Of a DNA stretch of 64,000 nucleotides, positions 36,761 to 50,164 are shown in pieces. A model generated the notes under the pieces. It was given only the letters and a program-made list of their open reading frames with translations. It had not been told where the DNA came from and searched no databases. Numbering within the stretch: position 1 is the first letter of the stretch; the number at the start of each line of letters is the position of its first letter. A program made the translations under genes and the position numbers. Location: positions 19,160,001-19,224,000 of the forward strand of contig NW_024704743.1 of assembly GCF_018977255.1 (NCBI RefSeq), in the 5' to 3' direction. Source of the stretch: Callorhinchus milii (taxonomy: Eukaryota).

Positions 36761-38934
36761 GAGGATAAGAAGAATTTATCCTGTCCAACAGGCTAACAAC
36801 ATGAAGCTTCATCTACCTTTTCAGGTCGACGTTAAAATTTCCAAGGCACTATTTGAAAAGAGAATGGAGTTTATGTATCTTTGCGTATGTCCCTGAGCGG
36901 TTTTAATAAAATCCAAACACTTTTATCTTCACTGTACTTTTTTGCTTCGTCTCAGCAAGTCGTCATTTATTTGTTGTTCATTTGACACATTTCACATCCC
37001 ATTGCTTTCCTATTTCTTTTTCCTCATCTTTTTCCAGCTTTAGTCTTTTCTTCATTATCTCTTTTACCCTCTCTCTAACCTGCCAATAAAACACATGTGC
37101 AGGACGTTTGTAGCTGATAGAATAGCTAGAGACATTCAGAGAGATTGTGGCTTTGTATAACCTGTCCCAGAGGCACCATCAGGCCAGCATGACAGGAATA
37201 CCAAACTCCTCTCAGCATCAGCAATATGTGACTGGGAAGTAAAAGAAATTGCTGGCAATTGCTGTTACTATTGACAGCAGAAGATATTTTAGAAGAAAGA
37301 GCAAAAAAAAAACTCTGATCTGAAAGAAATGTCCTGAACTCTAGTTGTGGGGAATGAAAGCAAGAGTTTATTTTATATAAGAAAAATAAAGAGTAGAGTG
37401 GTCTGGTGGCTCTACTGGTAGAGTCTGGGAGGTGATCCTTCTATTAACTCTAGCCTTGAATCTTGTTTACTGTCACACCTGTCTGTCTTTCTCTATTGAC
37501 ACATTGAAACTCACATCAGTCTTATCTTTATGAATCGTACAAGTCATACAGGCACCCGAAAAGTACCAAAACTACTTAGATTTCTTTGCAATAGTCTTAT
37601 TTTATCAGCAAATCATCTCCTAACTCCTAATGCCGCTCCCCTAGCCTCCATTACTCCTGCATTCACCGGCTGCATTGAATCACGGGAAACGTTGTCTGAT
37701 CCATCGCCACATGTGCAGAAGAATTTCCCGCGTTTCCAATGCAGCTGGTATTTGCACATGCAGCGATGGGTAAAGACACATTAAATCGCGGCAAGCATAG
37801 TCTTGAGTCTTATCTCCATTGAATTAGGCATTTAAGCAGTGTAGATTCTTGATTAAATCAGATTATATATGACTTACACAAGTTTGCCTGTAACTCGGAC
37901 TTTGTGCAAGTCATATTAAATGTTATGGTCCTTACTGATATGATTTATGTGAGTTTTAATGTTAGTACCATAGGACATTCATGTGTACAAATTGGTTACT
38001 TCATTCGCCTACAAATACGAGATCACTGCACTTCACAGAAAAGTCTGTGAAGCACTTGGAGACATTTTGGCATTCCAGGTGTGATACCAAATGGAGAGGT
38101 TAGTACTAATGTTCCTCAGAATGTTTCTTTTGTATCTTTCAAATTTCAAACATTCTGCCCTACATGTTCTCACTGTATCCTCACAGAAATACATGAAAAC
38201 TCTTCACATCACATTTTTACATAAACTTGCCTAAAATCTTTCAGATATTCTTTACCTCTCAAAATTCTTCTTCTCTCCTACAAGTTACAGCCTGTAAAAT
38301 CCAAGCTTTGCATTATCTAGCTGCTGCTTTCTTGATTCATTGTAACCTCTCTCCTTCTGTTTTCTGAGTGCAAAATAGGTCACTCAATCCATGACTGTTG
38401 TGGGACACTGCTGTGCACAAATTGACTGCTGCGTTTCACCCACAAAATATACCTTCAATTTACTTTCAGGATATTCTGTGAAGCGCTTTGAGATGTCTAG
38501 AAGACTTGATAAAGTGTTATATCGAATGCAAGGATTATTATGATAAATTCAGTCATTACACTTTTCAGTAATTCCTGTGAAGCACTTTGAGATGTCTTGA
38601 AAAGATCTCAAAGCACTTTGAGATGTCTTGCTCTGATGAAGCGCTATACCAAAATCCAAGGATTATTATTATTATTATTATTACTATTTTACCTTCTCTA
38701 AAGCTGTTCTGCTTTATAGACATTGGCTTTTGGTAGGTTTCTCAATTAAAAATGGAGCCTGCTGAAGGTCTCGTTCAGTTGAGTGCAGCGACTTTTTATA
38801 GTAGCACTGGGAACAGAAAAACAGATTGTCTTGCTCTTTTGGTGAAATAGATTGAATAGATTGTGTTAAGCATCTCCTAATGAGGATAATTAGATGGAAA
38901 TTGAAAAGATAAATGTAAGAAGATCAGTACAGAA

Positions 38935-39060
38935 GGCAAAATACTGTAGATGCTTGAAATCTGAAATAAAAACAGCTGGGAACACTCATCAAGTCAGACA
39001 GTATCTATGCTGAGAGGAAAGTGAGTTAACGTATCAGGTCGATGACCTTTTGACAGAACT
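38935..39060 (-). mobile_element. Penelope-like terminal-repeat fragment with a degenerate hammerhead ribozyme core
   Basis: Same family as 58493-58612 and 31053-31084; minus strand reads ctgtcaa-aaggtc-atc-gacct-gatac-gttaac. Confidence 0.65.
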
Positions 39061-39139
39061 GATAACCTGAAGCTCATAGCAGTTCGGGTTTCAGTGATTA
39101 TATACTAATCTTATGAAATAAATAAATATTGTCTATAGT

Positions 39140-39545
39140 AATAATCCTAGCATTTGATACAGTGCCTTTCATGTCAAAGTGCTTAACAGAATTTATTGTG
39201 AAGTGAAGTGATTGTGTATTCGTATTTATAGGTGAACATGGCAACTCCATTGCACACAGCAAATGTCTCACAAATAAGTCTGAAATGAATGACCAAATTT
39301 AGTTGGGGGATTTTTGGCCAAATAACTGGGAGGAACTCGCTTTCTCTTTTTGAATAGTTACATGGAATCCACCTGAAGATGCGACGTTGGTTTAACATCT
39401 CGTCGAAGGACAGCACCTCTGACAATGCCAGCACTGCATTGGAGTGTCAGCTTAGACTACATGATTCCAAGTCCCGATGTGGGGCTTGAACCCACAACCT
39501 TCTGACTCAGAGGTGAAAGTGCTACCCATTGCATCAGGCTGACAT
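39140..39545 (-). mobile_element. Family B DeuSINE, full length
   Basis: Reverse of the family B head, body, core and tail. Confidence 0.85.
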
Positions 39546-40710
39546 ACCAAAAATATATATATTTTAGGAGTTTTTTGATACTAGGGAGAGAGGTCGCAAG
39601 TCGAGGTGGTTTTAAAACAATAAAAAAATGGACTAGAAATTCATGCTCTGCACCTTATCTTGCGTGTAGATGTGCTGCCCCTTGTGCTGCCCCTTTAATA
39701 CAGGCTGTTCCAGGATTTCAGCCAAGTCAGGATCTTGTAAATATAACGACAATGCCCCTTGAAGCAAAGTGCTTCCATGTGCAGAGTAATGCTCTGCTTT
39801 TCACTTAGTGTCCCCCCAGGTATAGCAAAAATATTTCATTTATGTAAATTGGGCCCCACTGTGCATAATTTATATATGTTTTCCCTATTAATGGGACTCT
39901 TGCTTAGCACAACTGAGAGAACTAAACATGAGTGGCAAGCTGGCCTGGGATTGAGAATTTAAGATTGTTTGATTGTGAAGACAGTGTCATTTGCTGTAGA
40001 CCAAAGCAGCACGAAATGAGCTCAAACTATTCAGATTCAAGTGTAATGCTTTCATATGGTATTAATATTTCATTACTAGAATCTGTTCCGCTCTTGTGTA
40101 TGCATATTGTTAAAAGCAGAGTTCAATTGTCACATATTAAGTCCTGAAACATATGGAAAGATAACACGCTTTTATTGGCATCTCTGAATTTCTTTGTTTC
40201 TTTTCTTATTATTTAAAGCTACTATAAAGCCAGGTTAGTTAGGATAACACTAAAAAGTTTGGGATTGAACCTGCGCTTCTTTGATAACATAGTGGCGTTT
40301 GAGACAGTCGGGTGAATAAATGCAGAAGGGTATTTAATTAAATAGAAGGGGGGTACGATCTGTGTGTGTCGATCTCTGCAGACAATGCTGTATAACTGGC
40401 TCTTCTGCGCTGCATGAGTGTGATTCAGGCTGACAAGTCTACTGCTTGATCCTCATTGAGCCTCTTATAATCGTAAAAGGTGGCTTTGTGAGAATTTGCG
40501 TCTCATAGCAGAATGCCTGTGAACGAATTTGCTGCATGCCTGTTCCACAGTTCACAACTGTTATTTCAGATACATGCTCTTCTTCTAAGCATATTCCAAC
40601 ATATTCCCCTTCATCCTTATTTACTTACTTTAACTCGCCATAAATCACCAACTACTGCGATTTAGCTGCCATCAATGTCATATATAGTGCTTCTGAATTC
40701 TTTGAGCTTT

Positions 40711-41167
40711 AATAATAATAATAACCCTTGCATTTAATGTAGTGCCTTCACATTGGGAGGACACCTGGTGGATGATCTGCAGCTTGTGAAGGGAAGAGTT
40801 GGGAAGGCCGATGAGAAGGGAGTTCCGGTAATCGAGCCTTGATATGCCGAATGCATGGGTGAGGGTTTTGGCAGCCTGAGGGGTGAGGCAGTGGCGGAGT
40901 CTGGCAATGTTGCGGAGGTGGTGGTAGGCAGTGCCAGTCATGGCGCGGATGTGGCGGAGAAAGGACAGTTCAGGGTCAAACAAGAACCCAGGTTCCTGAC
41001 TGGCTTAGTGAGGTTGAGTGTGCAGCCGTGGAGGCTGATGCTACCAACGCCTGAGGTGCGGAGGCGTTGGCGCGAGCCAATCAGGAGGGCCTCGATCTTT
41101 CTGACATTGAGTTGCAGAAAGTTGTCCCTCGTCCAGGATTTGATGTCGGACAGCCAGTCTGACATCA
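40711..41167 (-). mobile_element. L2 fragment with an internal deletion joined to an L2/SINE-type tail
   Basis: WLSDIKSWTRDNFLQLNVRKIEALLIG...SRLDYRNSLLIGLP, then a direct jump to the tail. Confidence 0.9.
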
Positions 41168-42756
41168 ATATTATTACTGCAAAATAAACCTCATTCCTAA
41201 GCTTGCTGTACTCATTGGAAATTAAATTCATAGGAAAGTTTCTCTCCTAAAATGCAGGGTACAGATACTCTGAATGGCATTTTATGTAGAGAAAGCCTAT
41301 GGCTAATGGGGTTCTTGGTAGCATCTCTATCTGAGCTCTTTTGCCTGCACTGTATTGTATTTTGTGTGCCATACAGCCAGCACAGCTAATGACTGAGAGG
41401 CTGGAGTAGCCCTGTGGAGCTGGTGTCAGCTTCAGAATGGTGGCTTCAATTGGACTCGACAGAACATTGTAACGGTGGCTGTGTCTGCAGGCCCCCTCAG
41501 GGGCATTGTACCATAGGCACTGACTGAATGAATCAGAAAACTTTTGTCCAAAATAAAACTGCACTCTTTTTTAATTTAAATTTAGGTAATTACAGTGTCT
41601 GAAAGCTGTTAGGAAAGCAGTTCACCGTAAAAGAAGGCGACTGGGCTAATTCTGTAAGTCTTTGAATGGGATTTATGGATGAAAACAAACCAATCAAGAA
41701 ATTTAGGATCGAAATTTGAATCATGCAATGTTTCCATTTGGAGGAATTTCTTTATTAAGCAGTCTGGAAGCGTGTGATGCAGACTCCCTCAACGTGGGTT
41801 GCATGGGTGACATACATGACATGAACAACATGTGTGATGTACGTGACTTGGGCGGGTGAGGTGGTTGATGTGCTTCTAACCTGACACTCACCGGAAAAGG
41901 AATTCTTAATTCGCTTCACAAAATCCTGCCAAACTGGAACATTGCATTATTAAAATAAAACAACAAAACGTGTATCAGAAGGAAACACAGAAATTTCAGC
42001 CACACACAATCAGCTTTCCTGACATCGCACAAGTTGGCATAACACATTGCTTTCATCTCTGGAGAGGTCATGAGCGAGACTTCTTGTTAGCAGACCTTTC
42101 ATTTCATAGAGAGCATGTTATTGCATTGCAAGTAAATTAAGCCGTGCTCTGTTTGCTTAGCACAATGATTTCATCAAATTCATTCACTTGCTGAAGTTCA
42201 GGAATGCTGGCAGTTGGAGTCACTGTACCTTGTACAGCATCAATGCACAGCTAGTTTTCTTTCACTGTTTACCTTTAGGAAAGCTTAGAGCTGATATAGG
42301 GATAAGATATAGCACAATGTTGTGATATGATAATCTTGTAATGTTATGTGCTAAATAATAATGATAATCAATTTAAGGACCTTATGACATTTAACACATG
42401 ACTGCTTCCTGGGTGTTCTGGAGGGAACTCATTCCTGATGCCCTTCTTCGCTGACTGTGCCTGACAAGCTGTCGATCAGGGCTTTGAACTCATAATATTC
42501 TACTCTGTGCTCCAATGCGGTGCCGGGGGATTAATGCATTGTTAGGTGCTGTCCTTCAGATGGGAATTTACCCGCAGAAGTTGCACGCATATGTGAAACA
42601 CTCCATTTGGTTTGAATGCTCTTCAGCATGGGGATCAGTTTCTACATGTGTCAGATACTCAACTTATTAAAAATAATTACTAGTGGACTAGTTTTCTAAT
42701 GTTTCAGATGTTGTTCAGATTTACAGAGATTCCCCAAATTTAAATATGAGAACACA

Positions 42757-43205
42757 ATCAACAACAACAAAATTACATTTGATTAGTGCTTGTCACGTCA
42801 GGAGGACGTCCCAAGGCGCTGGACAGTCAGCGTTTCGGACCCGAGCTGGAGGTTGGGTTTGGGGAGGATGGAGGGGAGAAGGGGGAAGCATGGTGATCAA
42901 AAGCACGGTCGAACAGGAGGGTCTTGAGATGGTTCTTGAAGGAGGCAAAGGGAGGGGTTGAGGCGGAGGGATTGTGGGATGGAGTTGCAGAGGGTGGGGG
43001 CAGAGTGGCAGAAGGCCCGACCACCGATGATGGGGTGGGCGAAATGGGGGATGTGAAACAGGCCGAAGCCCGCTGAGTGGAGGGAGTGGGCAGGATGGTA
43101 GGGGGTTAGGAGGTCGGAGAGATAGGGGGGAGCAAGGCCACGGAGGGCTTTGAAGGTGAAGACCAGGATCTTGAACTGTAACCTCTGAGTGATGGGAATC
43201 AGATG
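42757..43205 (-). mobile_element. L2 LINE 3' fragment
   Basis: RLQFKILVFTFKALRGLAPPYLSDLL...GGRAFCHSAP and tail. Confidence 0.92.
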
Positions 43206-45194
43206 GCTCAGTACATCTGTTTGCAGAAATGCTTTTAATGACCAAGTCACTGGATCAGTTGGATAGACGCTGAGAAAAATGAGTGTACATGGGGACAAAA
43301 AGGGAAAGATGTGAACATAAGCAAAATTGGTAATGTATCTGCATAGAAGTGGTATTTATCAATGTCAGGCCATCCAGAAATAACCTGCACAATTTGCAAT
43401 ACTGTATTTCCAAATGGATTGAGGTCATGTCTGATTCTGTGGAAGTTTCAAAAATGAAGGTTAGTTTCTATTACGATAGCACTGTGCTGGCATAATAATT
43501 CAATGCTTGATAAGGTTGGAAAATAGTTATTCGATTCATAGAGGTTGCAAGTTTTTTTGTTTTATCAGTAAGACCCGTATTTAGTGATTGCTTTCTATCT
43601 ATATTTTATCGTTACTAATCAATAAGTGTCAGTGTGAAAGAGCTGATGCAGGCAAACTAACCACGCTGATCTGGAATGTTTTACACTTTCAGTCTTCTGT
43701 GGTCTAGAGCAAGTCACTGGTTACTGCAAGGCTTTCCAATAGAAACCTAAATAATAATGTTAAATAATAATTGTAATAATAATCCTTGCATTTGATATAG
43801 CGCCTTATCACATCCTCCAGACATCTCAAAGCGCTTCACAGAAGGTACTCCAAAGTGGATTGACTATAAATTCAGTGGGTGAAATAATTAATAATACTAA
43901 TAACCTTTGCGTTCGATATAATACCTATCACGTCTAGAAATTGTCTCCAAGTACTTCACAGTATATCACAAGAAAATGTAGTGACAGTGTATTTGTAGGC
44001 AAATATGGCAGCCAATTTGTTCACAGCAATGTCCTGCAAACAGCCATGAATTTAATGACAAATTTTTCTGGGGTATTCTTGGCTAGAACACAGGGAGAAA
44101 TTTCCTTATCTTTTCGAATAGGATCTTTAACCAGGAAAAGTAGAAAGCACCTCGGTTTAATGTCTCATCCAAAGGTCGAGTACTTTTATGTAGTTAAACA
44201 TTCTGCCATGGTAGTCTGCAGTTTTAGAGCTGAAGAAATAACAATAGGTGAAAGTTTGCAGAGTTTCAAAAATGTTCCTTGAAGGACAAACTTTATCCCT
44301 TTATTAATAGTAGAGAGGTGAAAGGGGGTGAGAATGGTGGTTTGTTTGGTGGAGCCCACATTGAAAACGTTTCACTCTCTTCCCTCTTTACCTCAATCTT
44401 AATCAAGATGTGTCTCTTTGATTGTGCTTTCATTAATGTTTCCCCTTCCACACCCTTTCGCTCCCACCGCTAGCTTGGGTGTCCAGCCAGCAGTTTCAAG
44501 CACTTTAAGCCATTCTAGCGAAGTGAAAAGCCCTATTGAAATAAATGTAAATTGTAACTTCCAACCCAGAATTTGCAAAATTCAGACTCTGAGTTGGCTG
44601 ATAGCAACTGTGCTGGTATTAGGGGCTCTACAATTGATGTCAGGAGCCTGGGTTAGGGAGGGGAATTTTTAAAAAAGTGTTTCTGAATAAATGGATCAGG
44701 ATTTTATTGCTGAAGCCACCATTTTAAATTACTGAATTCATTATCAGACTATGTTTATTTTTCTTTCAAAGAAATTGTAGTTGCCCAGAACCAAATTGAC
44801 AGAACATCCAGTGCTGTTTTTCAAGGCTGTGGTATGGATCTGAAAAATAAAACAAAGTTTGAGTGAATCAATGTAAAATTGAATCCTTACTTCGATGTTG
44901 TATTAAACTGGTCCACATTTTTGACCGAGGGATTAGCGGAATACCTTTTAGAGATATAAAGACTACCAGAGTGGCCCAAAATTCTAAGTAGACTCAGCCA
45001 GAAAGACCTATTTGCCTTACAGTTTATGATGATGCACAATTGTGGTACATTCGTAAATTTATCCTTAATCAGCAGTTCTTAAAATGGTTCGGCTTCCAAA
45101 TTAAATTGAATTTAAGAGATTTCCATAATTCTGCATGAGTTTGAATTGCATTCCTGACAGGATTGTGCTGTTTCTATTTGCAGATGATATTGTG

Positions 45195-45480
45195 CTGCTC
45201 CCTACCTTTCCGACCTCCTCTCTCCCTACTCCACTACCTGGTGGCTCCACTCGCTCTGGCCTCCTGCTTGTCCGTTGTCGGCTCCGCTCCACCATCATTG
45301 GCCGCGTATTTCGGCCACTGCGCCCCGAAGCTTTGGAATTCTCTCTCTCAATCCCTCCGTCTTTCCCTCTCCTATCTCTCTTTTAGTTCGTGACCTTCCT
45401 TTTCGACCGTGCTTATGATCACCTTCTCTCTCCCTCTGTCAGGCTCTGCCATTGTTATGAGCTCCTCAGAGGGATATAAA
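45195..45480 (+). mobile_element. L2 3' fragment
   Basis: RSTIIGRVF and APKLWNSL remnants. Confidence 0.8.
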
Positions 45481-45504
45481 TGTGAGTCTCATTGGAGCGG
45501 AACT

Positions 45505-45970
45505 GGCTCCAAGGTGACAAGTTTGGCATTGGAATGTCAGAATTAGGCCCACCCTCTTTGGCGGTCTTGGTAGTCCAGTTCCTGAGCCAGGCGGATCTAC
45601 AGTACTCCAGGGCACTGCTGATGACAGCACAGCCAGCCTGGCTCATGAGCAGGACTTGCAACAAGGGCAGACCAGTCAGGGAATCTTCCTACTCAGCTCA
45701 TGTTAACCCTGCAAGCCAAAGCCCTGTGGTCCTGGCTGGACAAGAAGCTATGTGGTGTCAGCTGGTTAAGCTACAATACCCAACACATTCTCTGGGATCC
45801 CTAAGCCTTGTCTCTTGCCAACCTGCATCTAATGCTCTCCAGAATTACGTAAGCATTGAATTCTAAACATGTGAATTTCCTTAACCCTACTGTATATGTG
45901 GAATGCATGGAACACTGAGTTTGGTTGCATACTGTTAAGAATGGTGATGGTTATTTGCATGTGTCAGACA
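45505..45970 (+). repeat. Family X repeat
   Basis: Collinear with 23575-24115 from ccaaggtgaca to gcatgtgtcagaca. Confidence 0.85.
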
Positions 45971-46614
45971 TCTGGCTCAACAAAAAAAGATTGGCTGAGA
46001 CTAGGTGGAATTTCAGGCAGATAGGTAGGAGACATCAGTCTGGATGATATAATAAGAATAATCTGTGCATTTGATATAGCACCTTTCAGGTCAGGGGTAA
46101 ACTCAAAGTACTTCACAGGGACCTTAAGCAAAGTAAGCGCACATTTTCAAAAGTCAGTAACTGAATGAGAAATACATCGATAACGAAATGTATTAAATGC
46201 AAATTCTGCTTATACACTCCTATTTTCCCAACTCAGTCAATGCTATTTTCTCTCCTTAGGCAAATTAAATGTTAATTCCAATTAGATGCAACTAAAGTGT
46301 TGCAAGTGACAGCTGATCTTTAATTGTTCCAGAAATGAAATGTGACTAATGTAATCCTGTTGGTAGTCTGTTGTTGTTTTAGAATAATCTTTTGGACATT
46401 TGGCACAAAGTAATGTTCCTGCACGATTTTCATTTAAATAAAAACATAAAGGAAAAAAAAATAACTTTTTTTTATAAATGATCATGGGTGGAGGGGGGCT
46501 AGCTTTTACCTGAGAACCATAACAATCTGATAATGTAATTTTATTTAAAAAGCTAGCAGTGAATGACCTTTCAATTTTTTCTGTGCCACTGAAATTTCTT
46601 TGAAATGTATTTAG

Positions 46615-47346
46615 GGTCAGCCTGCATCAGTTGTTAGCTCTCTTGCTTCAGAGATAAAGGTTGTAGGTTTGAGCCTCATGTCAAGATTTTGAAATCATAG
46701 TCTAGGTTGACAATGTGGTCCTGGGAGAGTGCTGCATTGGTGGAGATGTTAAATCGGGATCGTATCTGCCTGTTCAGGTGGGCTTTGAAAATCCTGGGGC
46801 ACTGTTTGAAAAGAACCTGAGTTTCCTGCTGTATCCTGGCCAACAATCCCCCAGATAAAATTGGCCATTCACTTCATGACTGTTTGTGTCCATTGCTGTT
46901 CGTAAATTGGCTGCCACTTTCGCCAACAAATACACATTCACTCCATTCTGCAGTAAATCCTGAGAAGCATTAATTTTGATAAGGTTCTATTGGAGTCCTG
47001 GTTAGAGCGCTTGCCTCACAAATAAGAGGACCTGGGCTTGATTCTCGGGCACAGCGAAACCTTAGGCAAGTTTGCTTATTCCATGCGCCTGTTTGCCAAG
47101 CAGTAAATAGCAGTAAATAGGTTGTCAGTCAATTGGCAGATCACTTTCTGGGGGTACTAAACCCTTAAGAAAAAGGGGTCATTCAATCCACAACTGTTTG
47201 TGGGACACTGCTGTGCACAATTGACTGTCGTGTTTCACCCACAAAATATACAGTCAATTCACTTTACAGTGTATTCTGTGAAGCGCTTTAAGACGTCTCA
47301 AAGGCATGATAAGATGCTGTATCAAATACAAGGATTATTATTATTA
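46615..47346 (+). mobile_element. Adjacent family B SINE (about 46615-46985) and family A SINE (about 46992-47346)
   Basis: Two heads, two Deu cores, one (att)n tail. Confidence 0.82.
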
Positions 47347-48598
47347 AGGGTCATTAACATCCAATTATGTATTATCTGTTTTTATGATAACAACTGTTTT
47401 CCTGTTTTGCTTGTTTTATTCTGGCATTTATTTTTTCAAACGGCCATTGCAAAATGGGAGAGCCAGGGGAGCAATATAACAACAGTCTGAGCAAAGATGA
47501 CAACAGCTAAATTTGCACAGTGAATATATCTGTTCTGAAAATCAATGTCACATAAGAGTCACACACAGTTAGCTCACAGCAGAAAACTGATGACTGCTGC
47601 ACATTTGTTGGCATGAAATATCTCCTCTTGTTACATTAAAAGGCAATTTAACCTCTCTCCAACTGAAGAATGCATCTGACTCTATCCACAAATTAGGAGA
47701 AATGGAACCCAAATCACTTCTTAATCTGCCTCAGGTAAGACTGTCCTAGAAATTCAGGAAGATACTGCATGTTAATGGTTGAAATTAATAGTATGCAGGT
47801 GAGTCAAATAATGGGGCACATCATTCTGTTCTGCTGATATGTCGAATGCAATTTGCCCACAAAATACACACAGACACAGCACTTTACTATGAAGTGCTTC
47901 AAGACGCCTTAAAGCTCTATATTAAATGCAAGGCTCATTATTCATTTATTTATTGTTATATTTTGGAAACAATTTCCAAAATAATCATCTGAATTGGCCA
48001 CTTTTCATCCATTTAACAAGCGAAAGCTTAACAAATTACCTGCTCGTGCCACAGACGTAAGTAATGTGACATAGATGAAATTCACAGCTAGTGATAAAGA
48101 TTTTTATCAGCCACTGATGATAATTGTCCCCAAAACAGTATTTGAGAACCTCTTATGTCTTATGCTTAATGCGACTTAATGTGTCACACCGGTTCTGATG
48201 AATGCCTTCCCCTGCCAGCCAGGTCACCGCTGAACTATCACCTTTTTTGTTGACAAACATGAGACCTTTTATTTGAATTCAAAATGCCAGAGCAACTTTT
48301 TAGCTTCAGTTTATTTATTACATAATCAATTGAAGGTCATGATCTGGGAGAGAAGCAGGAAACCACTCCCTCCCCAGCTCTGATTTATGATTTATTCAGA
48401 GGCGAATCCCACAATTTCAGTCACAAAATAGAAGTTGGGTCTTGAGTCTGAAAAGCTTACATTTACCCCGTTTGTGCACTTGGCTCAGATTTAAGGATTT
48501 TAGGAATAAAACACCAGAACTCTACATCAAAACTGGGTGATAACTGATCCAAGAGTACTTGATGCTAACACTGGGTGGAAAAATAATAATATTTTTTG

Positions 48599-48902
48599 AT
48601 TTGATATAATAATCAAAATAATAATAATCCTTGCATTTGATATAATAATCAAAATAATAATAATCCTTGCAATTTGTCATGGATTGAGTGATCAAATGAC
48701 TATTATTTTAAAATTTATTTTGAAGGAATTATTACCCCTGGAAAAGCAATCCATAAGTTGATTAACATCTGGGTTCCTAGTGCTAGGTAAACAGAAGCAT
48801 GTGAAGTAAGGAAACTTACCCAACGTTTTGCCCTGCTGGGAATTGAACTCAGCTCCTCTCACTTGCGAGCCGAGTTCTCTAACCACTAAGCTACAGGACT
48901 CC
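48599..48902 (-). mobile_element. Family A SINE with deleted core and a 36-bp tandem duplication at the tail
   Basis: atttgatataataatcaaaataataataatccttgc twice at 48599-48670; head at 48830-48902. Confidence 0.8.
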
Positions 48903-50164
48903 ACAAAAGTGTACAGATGTGCTGATCTCCACCATTAACATCCACAAGGGATATCATATTAGAGGATTACTTGCCTACAATTTTACAGTCTCCACACTTC
49001 ACAGTAAAAATCCTGTGATGTGTTTTAAGATGTTTCAATGACAAATCAAATTGCTCATTCACTTCATTGTTTGTGGGACATTGCTGTATGAAAATTGTCT
49101 GTCTACAAAATGCACAGTTACTACACCTCACAGTAAAATCCTGTGAAATGCTTTGAGATGTCTCAACCGTGTGGTAAGGTGCTATATCAAATGCAAGGAT
49201 TTTTATTATTATCTGACGTAATCTGCCAAGAACAACCAGAATTTATTAATTTTCCAATGAGATACCACATTTTGACTATGCTACTAATTGTATCCAGAAA
49301 GCTGGCTCATCCGTTGAGCCTGTGGAGATAACAGCCTATTAATGTTTGGCTCAAGCATAGCTGATTTTAAGCATTTTCCCTAATTCATGTTTCAATATTT
49401 CAGTGCAGATTACTGGGTAGAGCACTTACTGTACAAACACATTGCACAGGATTTTATCAAACAGTTGGAAGTTATCATTTACATGTATATAGTTTTGAAA
49501 AACAATCTTTGCTCAATTTCCAACCCTGTAAACTTAATTACTTCCATTGCTGCAGAGAACAATAGTTCCTGCCAAATAGTTTTGATTCTTAAAATCAATT
49601 AAAGTCATTGTTTGTTTACATCAGAATATTTTATACACAATTATTTGTTTCAATACTTATCAGATCTTTGTATTAGTCATGCATTTGTTATCATTGATTC
49701 AATATGTATACATATACAGTATATACTGAATTAGATTGAATGTCTCATAGCAGCAGTCCCACGTGGTACACAAAGTTTATCTAAAATTCTGTTTAAGTTA
49801 ATAACAATTGGCTACCAAGCAGTTTTATATAAAAATCATTGAAAGCAATGTTCTAAATTCTGTGCACAGCTTAGCAAAACCATAGACCTATATAAGTAAG
49901 CAATTCTTAGTCAAACAGAATCCTAATGATTCGAGTGATAAGAAGCATCTCGTTGTGAAGCTTGGCTGTAATTTTCTCCGAAAGATACTCGATGTGAAGT
50001 ATTGGAAACATTTTTGATGTAGATCTCTGTAATTGTTCTGGTTTCTGTGTCTGTTGATGTCTTCAGTGTTCTTTTCTGCATGTTGAAACTTTTACCCAAT
50101 GACACACAGAGGTCTCTGCACCAAGCTGCAAATCGTTACGGCATTGATCGTCTTAGAATTAACT

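Noticed and set aside
37867..37916. SECIS element
   Set aside because: The ATGA pairs Watson-Crick with tcat; there is no 3' GA for the non-canonical quartet
49923..50125. Possible minus-strand terminal exon (WCRDLCVSLGKSF...SNH*)
   Set aside because: Weak acceptor, no recognisable homology and no supporting upstream exon chain
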